Assembly (NCBI GenBank): GCA_015064295.1 | Contig: SVSM01000003.1 | Span: forward strand, 6,942 to 70,941 | Length of the DNA stretch: 64,000 bases | Direction: 5' to 3' | Source of the DNA: Oscillospiraceae bacterium | GTDB taxonomy: Bacteria > Bacillota > Clostridia > Oscillospirales > CAG-272 | Shown: in pieces, positions 55,493-64,000 of the stretch | How positions within the stretch are numbered: the stretch's first letter is position 1 | Layout of the letters: the number at the start of each line of letters is the position of its first letter | Translations under genes and position numbers: made by a program | Notes under the pieces: generated by a model | The model's input: only the letters and a program-made list of their open reading frames with translations | The model's database searches: none | What the model was told of the DNA's origin: nothing

Positions 55493-55828
55493 TTAGGCCA
55501 TGGTCTCGGTCATGGCACGGCCGCCGAGAATGTGGAAGTGAAGATGAGGCACCGACTGACAGGCGTCGGGGCCGCAGTTGGAGATCAGGCGATAGCCGTT
55601 GGTGAGGCCGGCCTCTCTTGCGATCTGTGGGATGGTTTCAAAAAGATGAGCGATCAGGGCACCGTGCTCGGCGGTCACGCCGTCAAGAGAGGGAATGTGA
55701 GCCTTGGGGATCACCAGAAGGTGAACCGGCGCCTGGGGGTTGATGTCGCGGAAGGCCAGAATGGTGTCGTCCTCGTAGACCTTGGAGGAGGGAATTTCGC
55801 CTGAGGCGATCTTGCAGAAAAGGCACAT
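55493..55828 (-). CDS. Histidine triad nucleotide-binding protein
   Basis: MCLFCKI, AFRDINPQAPVH, QSVPHLHFH. Confidence 0.95.
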   Translation of the reverse strand: MCLFCKIASGEIPSSKVYEDDTILAFRDINPQAPVHLLVIPKAHIPSLDGVTAEHGALIAHLFETIPQIAREAGLTNGYRLISNCGPDACQSVPHLHFHILGGRAMTETMA

Positions 55829-55966
55829 CGTGAAGTACCGTCCTTTCGGGTAAAACGCACGTCCTTTGTCGGTGATTTCCATGGAAAAAACTTGACAAAC
55901 CGGTTACGGTGCGGTATAATGTAAATACTAATATAGATATTATAGCAAAACGGAGGAAATCTGTCA

Positions 55967-56167
55967 ATGGTCGTAACGAAAGATTCGATTATCGGTGACG
56001 TTCTGGATCACGATGCCGGCACCGCGAAATTCTTTTTTGAGATCGGTATGCACTGTCTTGGCTGTCCCGCCTCCCGGGGTGAGAGCATCGAGGCCGCCTG
56101 TGCCGTTCACGGAACCGATGCCGATGCGCTGATCACCAAGATCAACGATTATCTCAGCACGAAGTAA
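55967..56167 (+). CDS. DUF1858-family small protein
   Basis: GMHCLGCPAS..ESIEAAC.VHG; promoter TTGACA-17-TATAAT at 55892-55920. Confidence 0.9.
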   Translation: MVVTKDSIIGDVLDHDAGTAKFFFEIGMHCLGCPASRGESIEAACAVHGTDADALITKINDYLSTK

Positions 56168-56218
56168 AACGAAGGGCTGTAACTTCCGGGTTACGGCCTT
56201 TGTTTATCGAGGAACGCC

Positions 56219-56917
56219 ATGACGTATCGAAACATTCGGCTTGACGCTCGTCTGTCTGCCGTGGCAGAGCAGGTGAGGTCGGGCGTAACCCTGTATGACG
56301 TGGGAACCGACCACGCCTATCTCCCCGTTTTTCTCATGCAACAGGGGAGGATCTCCCGTGCCATCGCTTCCGACGTGGCGGAGGGGCCTCTCGCCTCGGC
56401 TCAGGAGACGGTTCGGGAGGCAGGCCTTGCCGATCGGATCGAAACCGTCCTGTCGGACGGTCTTCGGAGCGTGACGCTTCTCCCGCCCTGCGACGTCACA
56501 ATTGCCGGTATGGGAGGCGATCTCATCGCGCGGATCCTGTCGGATCAGCCTGCGGTCAGGCAGGAGGACGTTCGTCTCATTCTCCAGCCTATGACCAAGC
56601 AGGAGCATCTAAGGCGGTACCTGTCGGAAAACGGCTTCCTGATCGACACCGAGCTGACGGCGGAGGAGGGGAAGCTGTACGAGATCCTCGTCTGCCGGTA
56701 TACCGGTACGCCCTATGTCCTGACCGAGGCCGAGCTTTTGATCGGCCGCCGGGAAGCAAGGCGGGAGGACGGTCTTTTTTACCGCATGGTGGAGAAGAAG
56801 CGTCGGGCCCTTGCCCGGGCTATGGAAGGAAAACGCCGGGGCGGTGAGCCGACCTTGGCCGAGGAGGCGCTTATTGCGGCACTTGACAAAATTCTGACAC
56901 AAGGAGAACGATCATGA
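56219..56917 (+). CDS. trmK: tRNA (adenine22-N1)-methyltransferase
   Basis: DVGTDHAYLP, SDV..GP, SDGL, IAGMGG, ILQPM. Confidence 0.93.
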   Translation: MTYRNIRLDARLSAVAEQVRSGVTLYDVGTDHAYLPVFLMQQGRISRAIASDVAEGPLASAQETVREAGLADRIETVLSDGLRSVTLLPPCDVTIAGMGGDLIARILSDQPAVRQEDVRLILQPMTKQEHLRRYLSENGFLIDTELTAEEGKLYEILVCRYTGTPYVLTEAELLIGRREARREDGLFYRMVEKKRRALARAMEGKRRGGEPTLAEEALIAALDKILTQGERS

Positions 56918-57660
56918 CAGTTGCCAAGCTGTACGAACGGCTGGAGGAGCTCCTCCCCCGTTCCTTGTCCTGCGAATGGGATAACGACGGGCTGATGTGT
57001 TGTCCCGATCCCGACGCCGAGGTCAAGCGGGTTCTTTTCACCCTTGACGTGACGGCACAGGCGGTGGACTACGCGGTGGCGGGGGGATTTGATCTGATCC
57101 TCTCCCATCACCCTATGATCTTCCGTCCCTTAACGGGGATCACCGATCCCAGATTTATCAAGCTGATCCAAAACGGCGTGTCGGTCATGTCCTTTCATAC
57201 GCGGCTGGACGCCAAGGAGGGGGGCGTGAACCACGTGCTTGCCGAGCTTTTGGGCCTTGAGGACGTGGTGCGTCTCGGAGAGGGAGGCGTCGGCGTTGTG
57301 GGCAATCTGCCACGGGCCATGAAGCCCGATGCGTTTGCCGCTTTGGTGAAACGGGCTTTGAAGTCGCCGAAATTGGAGGTCGTCCTCACCGACCGTCCCT
57401 GTCAGCGGGTTGCGGTCGTGGGCGGTGACGGTAAGGACTTTCTCGGCGATGCTGCCGCCATCGGTGCCGATACCTATCTGACGGGCAGCCTCAGCTATAA
57501 CAGTATGACCGACGGCGAGGCCCTGGGCATGAATCTCCTGGTTGCGGGCCACTATGAGACCGAGCAGCCGGTGCTGACCTACCTTGCCAAGACGGTACAG
57601 ACCTTGACCGGCGGGGTGGACTGCGAGATCTTCCCCTGTAACCGGATTCGCGTCATGTGA
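56914..57660 (+). CDS. Nif3-like dinuclear metal centre protein
   Basis: WDNDGL, SHHPMIF, HTRLD, GHYETE. Confidence 0.93.
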   Translation: MTVAKLYERLEELLPRSLSCEWDNDGLMCCPDPDAEVKRVLFTLDVTAQAVDYAVAGGFDLILSHHPMIFRPLTGITDPRFIKLIQNGVSVMSFHTRLDAKEGGVNHVLAELLGLEDVVRLGEGGVGVVGNLPRAMKPDAFAALVKRALKSPKLEVVLTDRPCQRVAVVGGDGKDFLGDAAAIGADTYLTGSLSYNSMTDGEALGMNLLVAGHYETEQPVLTYLAKTVQTLTGGVDCEIFPCNRIRVM

Positions 57661-57683
57661 CAGTTTGTCGGAAAGGAAACCAT

Positions 57684-59444
57684 ATGAGAAAAACAAAAAT
57701 TATCTGCACCCTCGGCCCCGCGTCGGAGAGTGAAGAGGTGATCCGCGAGCTGATCCTGGCCGGTATGGACGTGGCCAGAATCAACTTTTCCCACGGTGCT
57801 TACCCCGACCATAAGGCCAAGGCCGATCTGGTCAAAAAGCTTCGCGCCGAGCTTGGAGTACATACGGCACTGCTTCTCGATACCAAGGGGCCTGAGGTCC
57901 GCTTAAAAACCTTTGAGGCGGGGCAGGTCCTTCTGAAGACCGGTCAGACCTTCACCCTGTATATGGAGGATCATCCGGGAGATGAGTCGGGAGTGGCCAT
58001 TACCTACGGCGGCCTGTGGCGGGACGTGACGGTGGGAAGCCGGATCCTGGTGGACGATGGCCTCATTGAGCTGGCCGTTGAGGCGGTGGATGAGCACGCC
58101 ATTCGCTGTAAGATCCTCAACGGCGGGCCTCTGTCCGATCGCAAGGGCATCAACGTGCCGGGGGTTCGCCTTTCCATTCCCTTTTTGAGCGAAAAGGACA
58201 AGGCCGATATTGCCTTTGGCGTTAAGGAGGGCTTTGACTTCATTGCCGCCTCCTTCACCCAGAGCGCCGAGGATATTCGCAAGATCCGCGAGGAGCTGGA
58301 CCGCCACGACTGTCACAGCATCCGTATCATTGCCAAGATCGAGAACTGCGCCGGTGTGGAGAACATCGACGAGATCTTGAATGAGGCCGACGGGATCATG
58401 GTGGCCAGAGGCGATCTGGGCGCCGAGGTGCCCATGGAGAACATTCCGATCCTGCAGAAGCAGCTCATCGCCAAGTGCTATCTGGCGGGTAAGCAGGTCA
58501 TCACCGCTACCCAGATGCTGGAGAGTATGACGAAGAATCCCCGTCCCACCCGTGCCGAGATCACCGACGTGGCCAATGCCATCTACGACGGCACCAGCGC
58601 TACCATGCTGTCGGGAGAGACAGCCATGGGTAAATACCCCGTGGAGGCTGTCAAGCGGATGGCAAAGATCGCCACCCGTACCGAGGCGGATATTGATTAC
58701 AAGAAACGGTTCTTTGATAACCGTTACGGCGGCTTTACCAACGTGACCGACGCCATTTCCCACGCCACCTGTACCACGGCCCACGACCTTGGCGCCAAGG
58801 CCATTATCACGGTGACGACCTCGGGCTTTACGGCAAGACTTCTCAGCCGCTTCCGCCCCCAGACCGACATCATCGCCTGCTCGCCCTCCCCCGAGGCCTG
58901 CCGCCACATGAATATGTCCTGGGGCGTTATTCCTCTGCTTGTGGACAAGGTGGCCGAGAGCTCCGAGGAGCTTCTGACCATGGCGGTGGATGAAGTCTAC
59001 GAGTCCAAATACGTCGGCTACGGCGACCTGGTCGTGATCACGGCGGGCCTGCCTCTCGGCGTTCCCGGTACCACCAATATGCTGAAGGTGCAGATGGTGG
59101 GCGACGTGCTTCTGGCCGGAAACGGTATCGTCAACGAGTCGGTCTGCGGTCAGCTTTGCGTCTGCGCGACCGACGAGGAGGCCTTGACGAAGTTCCGAAG
59201 CGGCGACATCCTCGTGATTCCGTCGGCGTCGGACAGCATCATCCGCGTCCTTCGCCACGCCTCGGCTATCATCTGCGAACGGGGCGGAGAGGATTCCTAC
59301 GCCGCCATCGTGGGAAAGACTCTGAATATTCCCGTTATCGTTGGGGCCGAAAATGCCACCAAAATCTTGCGAAGCGGCATGACCGTTACGGTGGACGGGA
59401 AGCGCGGCATGGTCTATTGTAACGAGAAGCACCCGGAGGCCTGA
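57684..59444 (+). CDS. pyk: Pyruvate kinase with C-terminal PEP-utiliser domain
   Basis: RKTKIICTLGP, ARINFSHG, DTKGPE, IIAKIE, MVARGDLG, ATQMLESM, MLSGETA. Confidence 0.98.
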   Translation: MRKTKIICTLGPASESEEVIRELILAGMDVARINFSHGAYPDHKAKADLVKKLRAELGVHTALLLDTKGPEVRLKTFEAGQVLLKTGQTFTLYMEDHPGDESGVAITYGGLWRDVTVGSRILVDDGLIELAVEAVDEHAIRCKILNGGPLSDRKGINVPGVRLSIPFLSEKDKADIAFGVKEGFDFIAASFTQSAEDIRKIREELDRHDCHSIRIIAKIENCAGVENIDEILNEADGIMVARGDLGAEVPMENIPILQKQLIAKCYLAGKQVITATQMLESMTKNPRPTRAEITDVANAIYDGTSATMLSGETAMGKYPVEAVKRMAKIATRTEADIDYKKRFFDNRYGGFTNVTDAISHATCTTAHDLGAKAIITVTTSGFTARLLSRFRPQTDIIACSPSPEACRHMNMSWGVIPLLVDKVAESSEELLTMAVDEVYESKYVGYGDLVVITAGLPLGVPGTTNMLKVQMVGDVLLAGNGIVNESVCGQLCVCATDEEALTKFRSGDILVIPSASDSIIRVLRHASAIICERGGEDSYAAIVGKTLNIPVIVGAENATKILRSGMTVTVDGKRGMVYCNEKHPEA

Positions 59445-59492
59445 TAACAGAAAAACGGGACGGCAAAAGAAGCCGTCCCCAACGGAGCTCCT

Positions 59493-59912
59493 ATGGAATT
59501 ACAGTCATCAAAGCGGACGGCGAAGATCACCGGTACGGCAGGGGAAAACGCCGCCTGTGACTTTCTTGTCCAAAACGGATACCGGATCCTGCACCGAAAC
59601 TATCGCGTGAGCCACGACGAGATCGACATAATTGCCGAGAACGACCAATATATTGTCTTCGTAGAAGTCAAGACCAGAACCCAGGTGGCCAACCCCGCCT
59701 ACGGACGTCCCGCCGCAGCGGTGACGGCCAAGAAGCGCTTCCACCTTGCCCGGGCGGCGGAGGCCTATATCAAGGCCCACAAGTCCGACAAGTTCTACCG
59801 TTTCGACGTGATCGAGGTGCTTCTCTGCCATGACCGTGTGACGGGGGCAGGGCGCTATCGGCTCAATCACATGAAGGGCGTCTTCGGCGCCAAGGGCAGG
59901 ATCTGGGTCTGA
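59493..59912 (+). CDS. yraN: YraN-family nuclease-like protein
   Basis: GE..A..FL..GY.I..NY..EIDII..VFVEVKTR..RFDVI. Confidence 0.92.
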   Translation: MELQSSKRTAKITGTAGENAACDFLVQNGYRILHRNYRVSHDEIDIIAENDQYIVFVEVKTRTQVANPAYGRPAAAVTAKKRFHLARAAEAYIKAHKSDKFYRFDVIEVLLCHDRVTGAGRYRLNHMKGVFGAKGRIWV

Positions 59913-59928
59913 CGGAAAAGGAGCCAAG

Positions 59929-60804
59929 ATGAAACTCTTTGATCTGCACTGCGATACCGTGACCGAGCTGCGAAAGCGGGGCGAAACGCTTCTTCAAAAC
60001 ACCGCCCAGGTGTCTCTTGAGCAGGCACTCGGCGTCTTTGAGGACTACTCCCAGGTCTTTGCCTTCTGGAGTGAGGACGACGTTGACGGGGAAGAAAACT
60101 ACCGCTTATTTCACGAAACGCTTCGATACGTAAGCCCCATGCTGACCGAGAGCGACCGCTTTCACCCCGTTTTGGCGGTGGAGGGAGGAAAGCTCCTCGG
60201 CGGAGATCTTTCGCGGCTGGATGTCCTTCACGCCTGCGGGGTGAAGATTTTGACCTTGGTTTGGAAGGACGTCTGCTGTGTAGGCGGGGCATACAATACG
60301 GAGGAGGGGCTGACGCCCTTCGGACAGCAGGTGGTGGAGCGTTGCTACGACCTTGGTATCGTCCCCGACCTTTCTCACGCCTCCGACAAAATGGCCTACG
60401 AGGTCTTTGCCATCGCCGAGCGGCGGGGCGGTACCGTGATGGCCAGCCATTCCTGCTCCCGTGCCCTCTGTCCGCACCCGCGGAACCTTACCGACGACAT
60501 GGCAAAACGGATCGCGTCGCTGGGCGGCGTGATCGGAGTGAACCTGGTCCCCGAGCATCTGGGAGGGGATACGGTGGAGGACGTCTGCCGCCATATATGG
60601 CATCTTGCCGAGGTGGTGGGGGAGGACCGTGTGGCGCTGGGCTGTGACCTTGACGGCACGTCGGAATTGCCCCGTGGTATCGCTGCGGTAGGCGACCTTC
60701 CCAAAATCGCCGAGCGTCTCCGTAAAAATCCCTATCCCGAGGGCTTTGCCGAAAAGATTTTTTATTCAAACGCACAAACTTTTGCAAAAGCGCATTTTTT
60801 CTGA
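59929..60804 (+). CDS. M19-family (renal-type) dipeptidase
   Basis: DLHCDT, AVEGG, DLSH, ASHS, RNLTD, GCDLDG. Confidence 0.9.
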   Translation: MKLFDLHCDTVTELRKRGETLLQNTAQVSLEQALGVFEDYSQVFAFWSEDDVDGEENYRLFHETLRYVSPMLTESDRFHPVLAVEGGKLLGGDLSRLDVLHACGVKILTLVWKDVCCVGGAYNTEEGLTPFGQQVVERCYDLGIVPDLSHASDKMAYEVFAIAERRGGTVMASHSCSRALCPHPRNLTDDMAKRIASLGGVIGVNLVPEHLGGDTVEDVCRHIWHLAEVVGEDRVALGCDLDGTSELPRGIAAVGDLPKIAERLRKNPYPEGFAEKIFYSNAQTFAKAHFF

Positions 60805-60876
60805 TGACTTTTTGGGAAAATGCGGTATAATAGATAAGAGAGACATAACGTTTTTGTTTCCGAAAGGACGTAAAAA

Positions 60877-62367
60877 ATGAAGTATATCAGCACAAGAGGG
60901 AAGAGCGCTCCCGTCACCTCTGCCGAAGCCATCAAAAAGGGCCTTGCCGAGGACGGAGGTCTGTATTTTCCCGATGAAATGCCCCTTCTGACCGCTGAGG
61001 ATCTGAAGGAGCTTTGCTGCGCGGATTATCCCACCCGTGCCGCCAAAATTATGTATTCGTTCCTGTGCGACGAATATACCTACGAGGAGCTCCTCGACGA
61101 GTGCCGTCAGGCCTACCGTGAGGAAAGCTTCCCCGGCGGCGCCGCCCCCGTGACCAAGCTGGGAGACACCCTTCGGGTGCTGGAGCTGTGGCACGGTCCC
61201 ACGGCGGCCTTCAAGGATATGGCGCTGCAGATCATGCCCCGCCTCTTCGTCCGGGCCGTGAAAAAGACCGGCGACGCCCGCAGGGCGCTGATTCTGGTCG
61301 CCACCTCGGGCGATACCGGAAAGGCAGCCCTTGAGGGCTACCGCGACGTGGAGGGCGTAGGGATTTCGGTCTTCTATCCCGTAAACGGCGTCAGCCGTGT
61401 GCAGAAGCTGCAGATGGCTACCCAGGAGGGTAAGAACGTGGAGGTCCACTCGGTCATCGGCAATTTCGATGACGCACAGAACGGCGTGAAGCAGATCTTC
61501 GGTGATGCCGAAATCGCCGCCAGGCTGAACGAGCAGGGCGTTTTCCTCTCCTCCGCCAACTCCATCAACTGGGGACGTCTGGTGCCTCAGGTGGTGTATT
61601 ACGTATCGGCCTACTGCGATCTGGTTGCCTGCGGTGACATTGCCCTGGGCGAGGAGATCAACGTCTGCGTGCCCACCGGTAACTTCGGAAATATCCTGGC
61701 GGCCTATATTGCCAAGAATATGGGCCTTCCCATTCACAGCTTCGTCTGCGCCTCCAATCAGAATAACGTGTTGACCGACTTCTTTGAAAGCGGCACCTAC
61801 GATCGGAACCGCAGCTTCTTTACCACCACGTCTCCTTCGATGGACATTCTGATCTCCAGCAACCTGGAGCGTCTGCTTTTCCTTGCCTGCGGCAGTGAAA
61901 AGACGGCCGCCTATATGGAGGAGCTGAAGACCACCGGACGCTATACCGTATCGGCCGAGATCAAGCGCCAGCTGGATCACGCCTTTACCGGCGGTTGCTG
62001 CGATGAGGAGCAGACGGCCGAGGAGATCCGCCATATCTACGATACCTACGGGTATCTCTGCGATACCCATACGGCTGTCGGCCTGTATTGCGCCGAGCGT
62101 TACGTGAACACGGTGGACGGTCAGCGGAAGATGGTGGCAGTGTCCACTGCCTCCCCTTACAAATTCTCTCCCGCCGTCCTGAAGGCCCTGACCGGCGAGG
62201 TACCGGAAAACGAGCTGGACGCGATGGCGCTTCTCGAAAGCAAGACCGGCGTTACGATCCCCGCACCCCTTGCCGGTATTGCCGGCAGAACCGTCCGCTT
62301 TGACCCCGATGACGCGATCAAAGCGGAAGCCATGCCGGAGTCGGTTCTGGCCTTTCAGCGGTTTTAA
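60877..62367 (+). CDS. thrC: Threonine synthase
   Basis: YISTRG, GLAEDGGL, ELWHGPTAAFKD, ATSGDTG, NSINWGR, PTGNFGN, SPSMDI. Confidence 0.97.
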   Translation: MKYISTRGKSAPVTSAEAIKKGLAEDGGLYFPDEMPLLTAEDLKELCCADYPTRAAKIMYSFLCDEYTYEELLDECRQAYREESFPGGAAPVTKLGDTLRVLELWHGPTAAFKDMALQIMPRLFVRAVKKTGDARRALILVATSGDTGKAALEGYRDVEGVGISVFYPVNGVSRVQKLQMATQEGKNVEVHSVIGNFDDAQNGVKQIFGDAEIAARLNEQGVFLSSANSINWGRLVPQVVYYVSAYCDLVACGDIALGEEINVCVPTGNFGNILAAYIAKNMGLPIHSFVCASNQNNVLTDFFESGTYDRNRSFFTTTSPSMDILISSNLERLLFLACGSEKTAAYMEELKTTGRYTVSAEIKRQLDHAFTGGCCDEEQTAEEIRHIYDTYGYLCDTHTAVGLYCAERYVNTVDGQRKMVAVSTASPYKFSPAVLKALTGEVPENELDAMALLESKTGVTIPAPLAGIAGRTVRFDPDDAIKAEAMPESVLAFQRF

Positions 62368-62391
62368 GCGGTTGCCGATGGGAGCCTGCGA

Positions 62392-62604
62392 TCAGAGGTG
62401 CTGGTTGCGAGGCTTAAAGGTCGCGCAGACGGTGTCGGCGCAGGAGGTAGCAAAGCTGGGCCCGACGGCGATCTTGTCGGCGGTGCAGTAATTATCTCCG
62501 TCGTGATAGGAGCAGTTGTGCACGTCACACACGATGCCCTTGATGTGATGGGGCGCCTTCGGACGGTTTTCTCTGACGTCTTCGTAATTGTCAAACAGAG
62601 CCAT
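62392..62604 (-). CDS. DUF1540-family cysteine-rich small protein
   Basis: IVCDVHNCSYH..CTADKIAV..TVCATF; AAAGGA RBS. Confidence 0.88.
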   Translation of the reverse strand: MALFDNYEDVRENRPKAPHHIKGIVCDVHNCSYHDGDNYCTADKIAVGPSFATSCADTVCATFKPRNQHL

Positions 62605-62665
62605 GGCTGTATCCTTTCTGTGCTGAGAAACGGAAGGAATCCGTTCCTGCAATGAGATTTGCCTT

Positions 62666-62695
62666 TAGTATGTCCCGCCCTGCCGTCCCTTATTC
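62666..62695 (-). promoter_or_regulatory. Sigma-G-type promoter for the DUF1540 gene
   Basis: Minus strand GAATA-18 nt-CATACTA, matching the SigG consensus. Confidence 0.75.
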
Positions 62696-62718
62696 CACCA
62701 AACGAAAGGAGCTCCCGT

Positions 62719-63429
62719 ATGGCGTTATACTGTCTTGCCGATACCCATTTTTCGGAATCGGTGCCGAAGCCCATGGACGTCTTCGGCCATCGCTGGGCCG
62801 ACTATACCGCCAAGCTGATCCACAACTGGAACGCCGTGGTACGGGACGAGGATACCGTGATCCTGCCGGGCGATATTTCCTGGGGCCTTACCATGGAGGA
62901 GGCAGCGGAGGACCTGAAGCTGCTGCATTCCTTGAACGGACGGAAGATCATCGGGAAGGGCAACCACGATCTTTGGTGGCAGTCGGAGAAAAAGGTGAAG
63001 GATTTCTTTGTCGCAAACGGCATTGATAGCATTTCCCTCCTTCATAACAACGCCTATTCCTTAGAAGGGAAGCGTATCTGTGGCTCCCGCGGCTGGTATT
63101 ACGATCCCAAGCAATCTCCCGAAGGGGCCGATCCCGAAAAGATCGCCGCCCGCGAGGTGATCCGCACCGAGCTGAGCATCAAGGCGGCTCTCGCCTTGCC
63201 CGAGGGGCAGGAGGACGAGCTGATCGCCTTCTTTCATTTCCCGCCGGTCTATCGGGATTTCGTCTCCCGGGGTATCGTGGACCTGATGAAGCAGTACGGC
63301 ATTACCCGCTGTTATTACGGCCACATTCACGGCGTTTACGACCTGCCGCCTACCGTGGAATTTGAGGGCATCACCATGTCCTGTGTCTCGGCGGACTATC
63401 TCCGTTTTACCCCCCTTCTCGTCTCTTAA
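62719..63429 (+). CDS. Calcineurin-like metallophosphoesterase
   Basis: ADTH, PGDISW, GNHD, HFPP, YGHIH. Confidence 0.9.
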   Translation: MALYCLADTHFSESVPKPMDVFGHRWADYTAKLIHNWNAVVRDEDTVILPGDISWGLTMEEAAEDLKLLHSLNGRKIIGKGNHDLWWQSEKKVKDFFVANGIDSISLLHNNAYSLEGKRICGSRGWYYDPKQSPEGADPEKIAAREVIRTELSIKAALALPEGQEDELIAFFHFPPVYRDFVSRGIVDLMKQYGITRCYYGHIHGVYDLPPTVEFEGITMSCVSADYLRFTPLLVS

Positions 63430-63542
63430 AAAACGGCAAAATGTGTGAATTTTTCATATTTCCCTTGACATTGCGGCAGAATCTGCTACAATAATATAGT
63501 ATGGCTATAATTTATTGATATACATTCGGAGGAAGTATCAAA

Positions 63543-64000
63543 ATGAGTTTGAAAAGCATGAATAAGCCCACCGGTAACACCGTGGAGTTGGAAATTTCCA
63601 TCGACAAGGCAAGCTTTGACAAGGCAACCGAGGCCGCTTACCGCAGAAACGTAGCGAAGATGAACGTGCCCGGCTTCCGTAAGGGCAAGGCTCCCCGCGC
63701 CATCGTCGAAAAGATGTACGGCAAGGCCGTGTTTTACGATGAGGCTATCAACGCGCTGCTCCCCGAGGCCTATGAGGCCGCTCTGAAGGAGTGCGGTGAG
63801 GAGCCCGTCGGCCAGGCCGATTTTGATATTGTGTCCATTGAGGAAGATGTGGTCATCAAGGCCACCTTCCCCGTGAAGCCCGAGGTTACCGTGAAGGAAT
63901 ATAAGGGCTATACCGTGGAGCGCACCGTGGCTCCCACCACCGACGAGGAAGTGGACAACGAGATTGCACAGGTCCGCGCCCGCAACTCCCGTACCGTTGA
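63543..64000 (+). CDS. tig: Trigger factor (3' truncated by window)
   Basis: Not in the ORF track; reads MSLKSMNKPTGNTVELEISID..NVPGFRKGKAPR; GGAGG RBS; promoter TTGACA-16-TACAAT at 63465-63492. Confidence 0.96.
   Translation, partial: MSLKSMNKPTGNTVELEISIDKASFDKATEAAYRRNVAKMNVPGFRKGKAPRAIVEKMYGKAVFYDEAINALLPEAYEAALKECGEEPVGQADFDIVSIEEDVVIKATFPVKPEVTVKEYKGYTVERTVAPTTDEEVDNEIAQVRARNSRTV

Overview
GC-rich chromosomal window from a Clostridia-class Firmicute (Oscillospirales/Ruminococcaceae-like by gene content and order; inference). Most of it is housekeeping DNA with genes mainly on the + strand: ftsK (partial), an aconitase-family hydratase, secG, tRNA-Ser(TGA), tmcAL/ackA, yebC/argS, ylxM-ffh-rpsP-khpA, rimI-tsaD, an icd-family dehydrogenase, DnaD/DnaC-like primosome genes, 6S RNA, a cobalamin riboswitch with a B12-uptake pair, yloC-remA-gmk-rpoZ-priA-def-fmt-rsmB, prs, comEC, trmK-nif3-pyk-yraN, thrC and tig (partial). 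I see no CRISPR array, rRNA, transposase or prophage. The unexplained signals are: (1) a family of about 90-120 bp three-hairpin intergenic repeats (7 copies at 5 loci, twice as inverted pairs) whose stems covary while loops and linkers stay conserved; (2) an operon of a DUF5685-like protein with isoprenoid-synthase-type DDxxD motifs, a J-domain protein ending in a cysteine string, and a membrane protein; (3) an orphan large serine recombinase with a small partner ORF, divergent from comEC; (4) a Rex paralogue without its NAD-binding motif, coupled to dnaD/dnaC and preceded by a polarised 19-bp tandem array; (5) a DnaA-box-like cluster; (6) two toxin-antitoxin-like pairs; (7) a low-GC islet behind tRNA-Ser. 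All family assignments are by eye from motifs; no searches were run.
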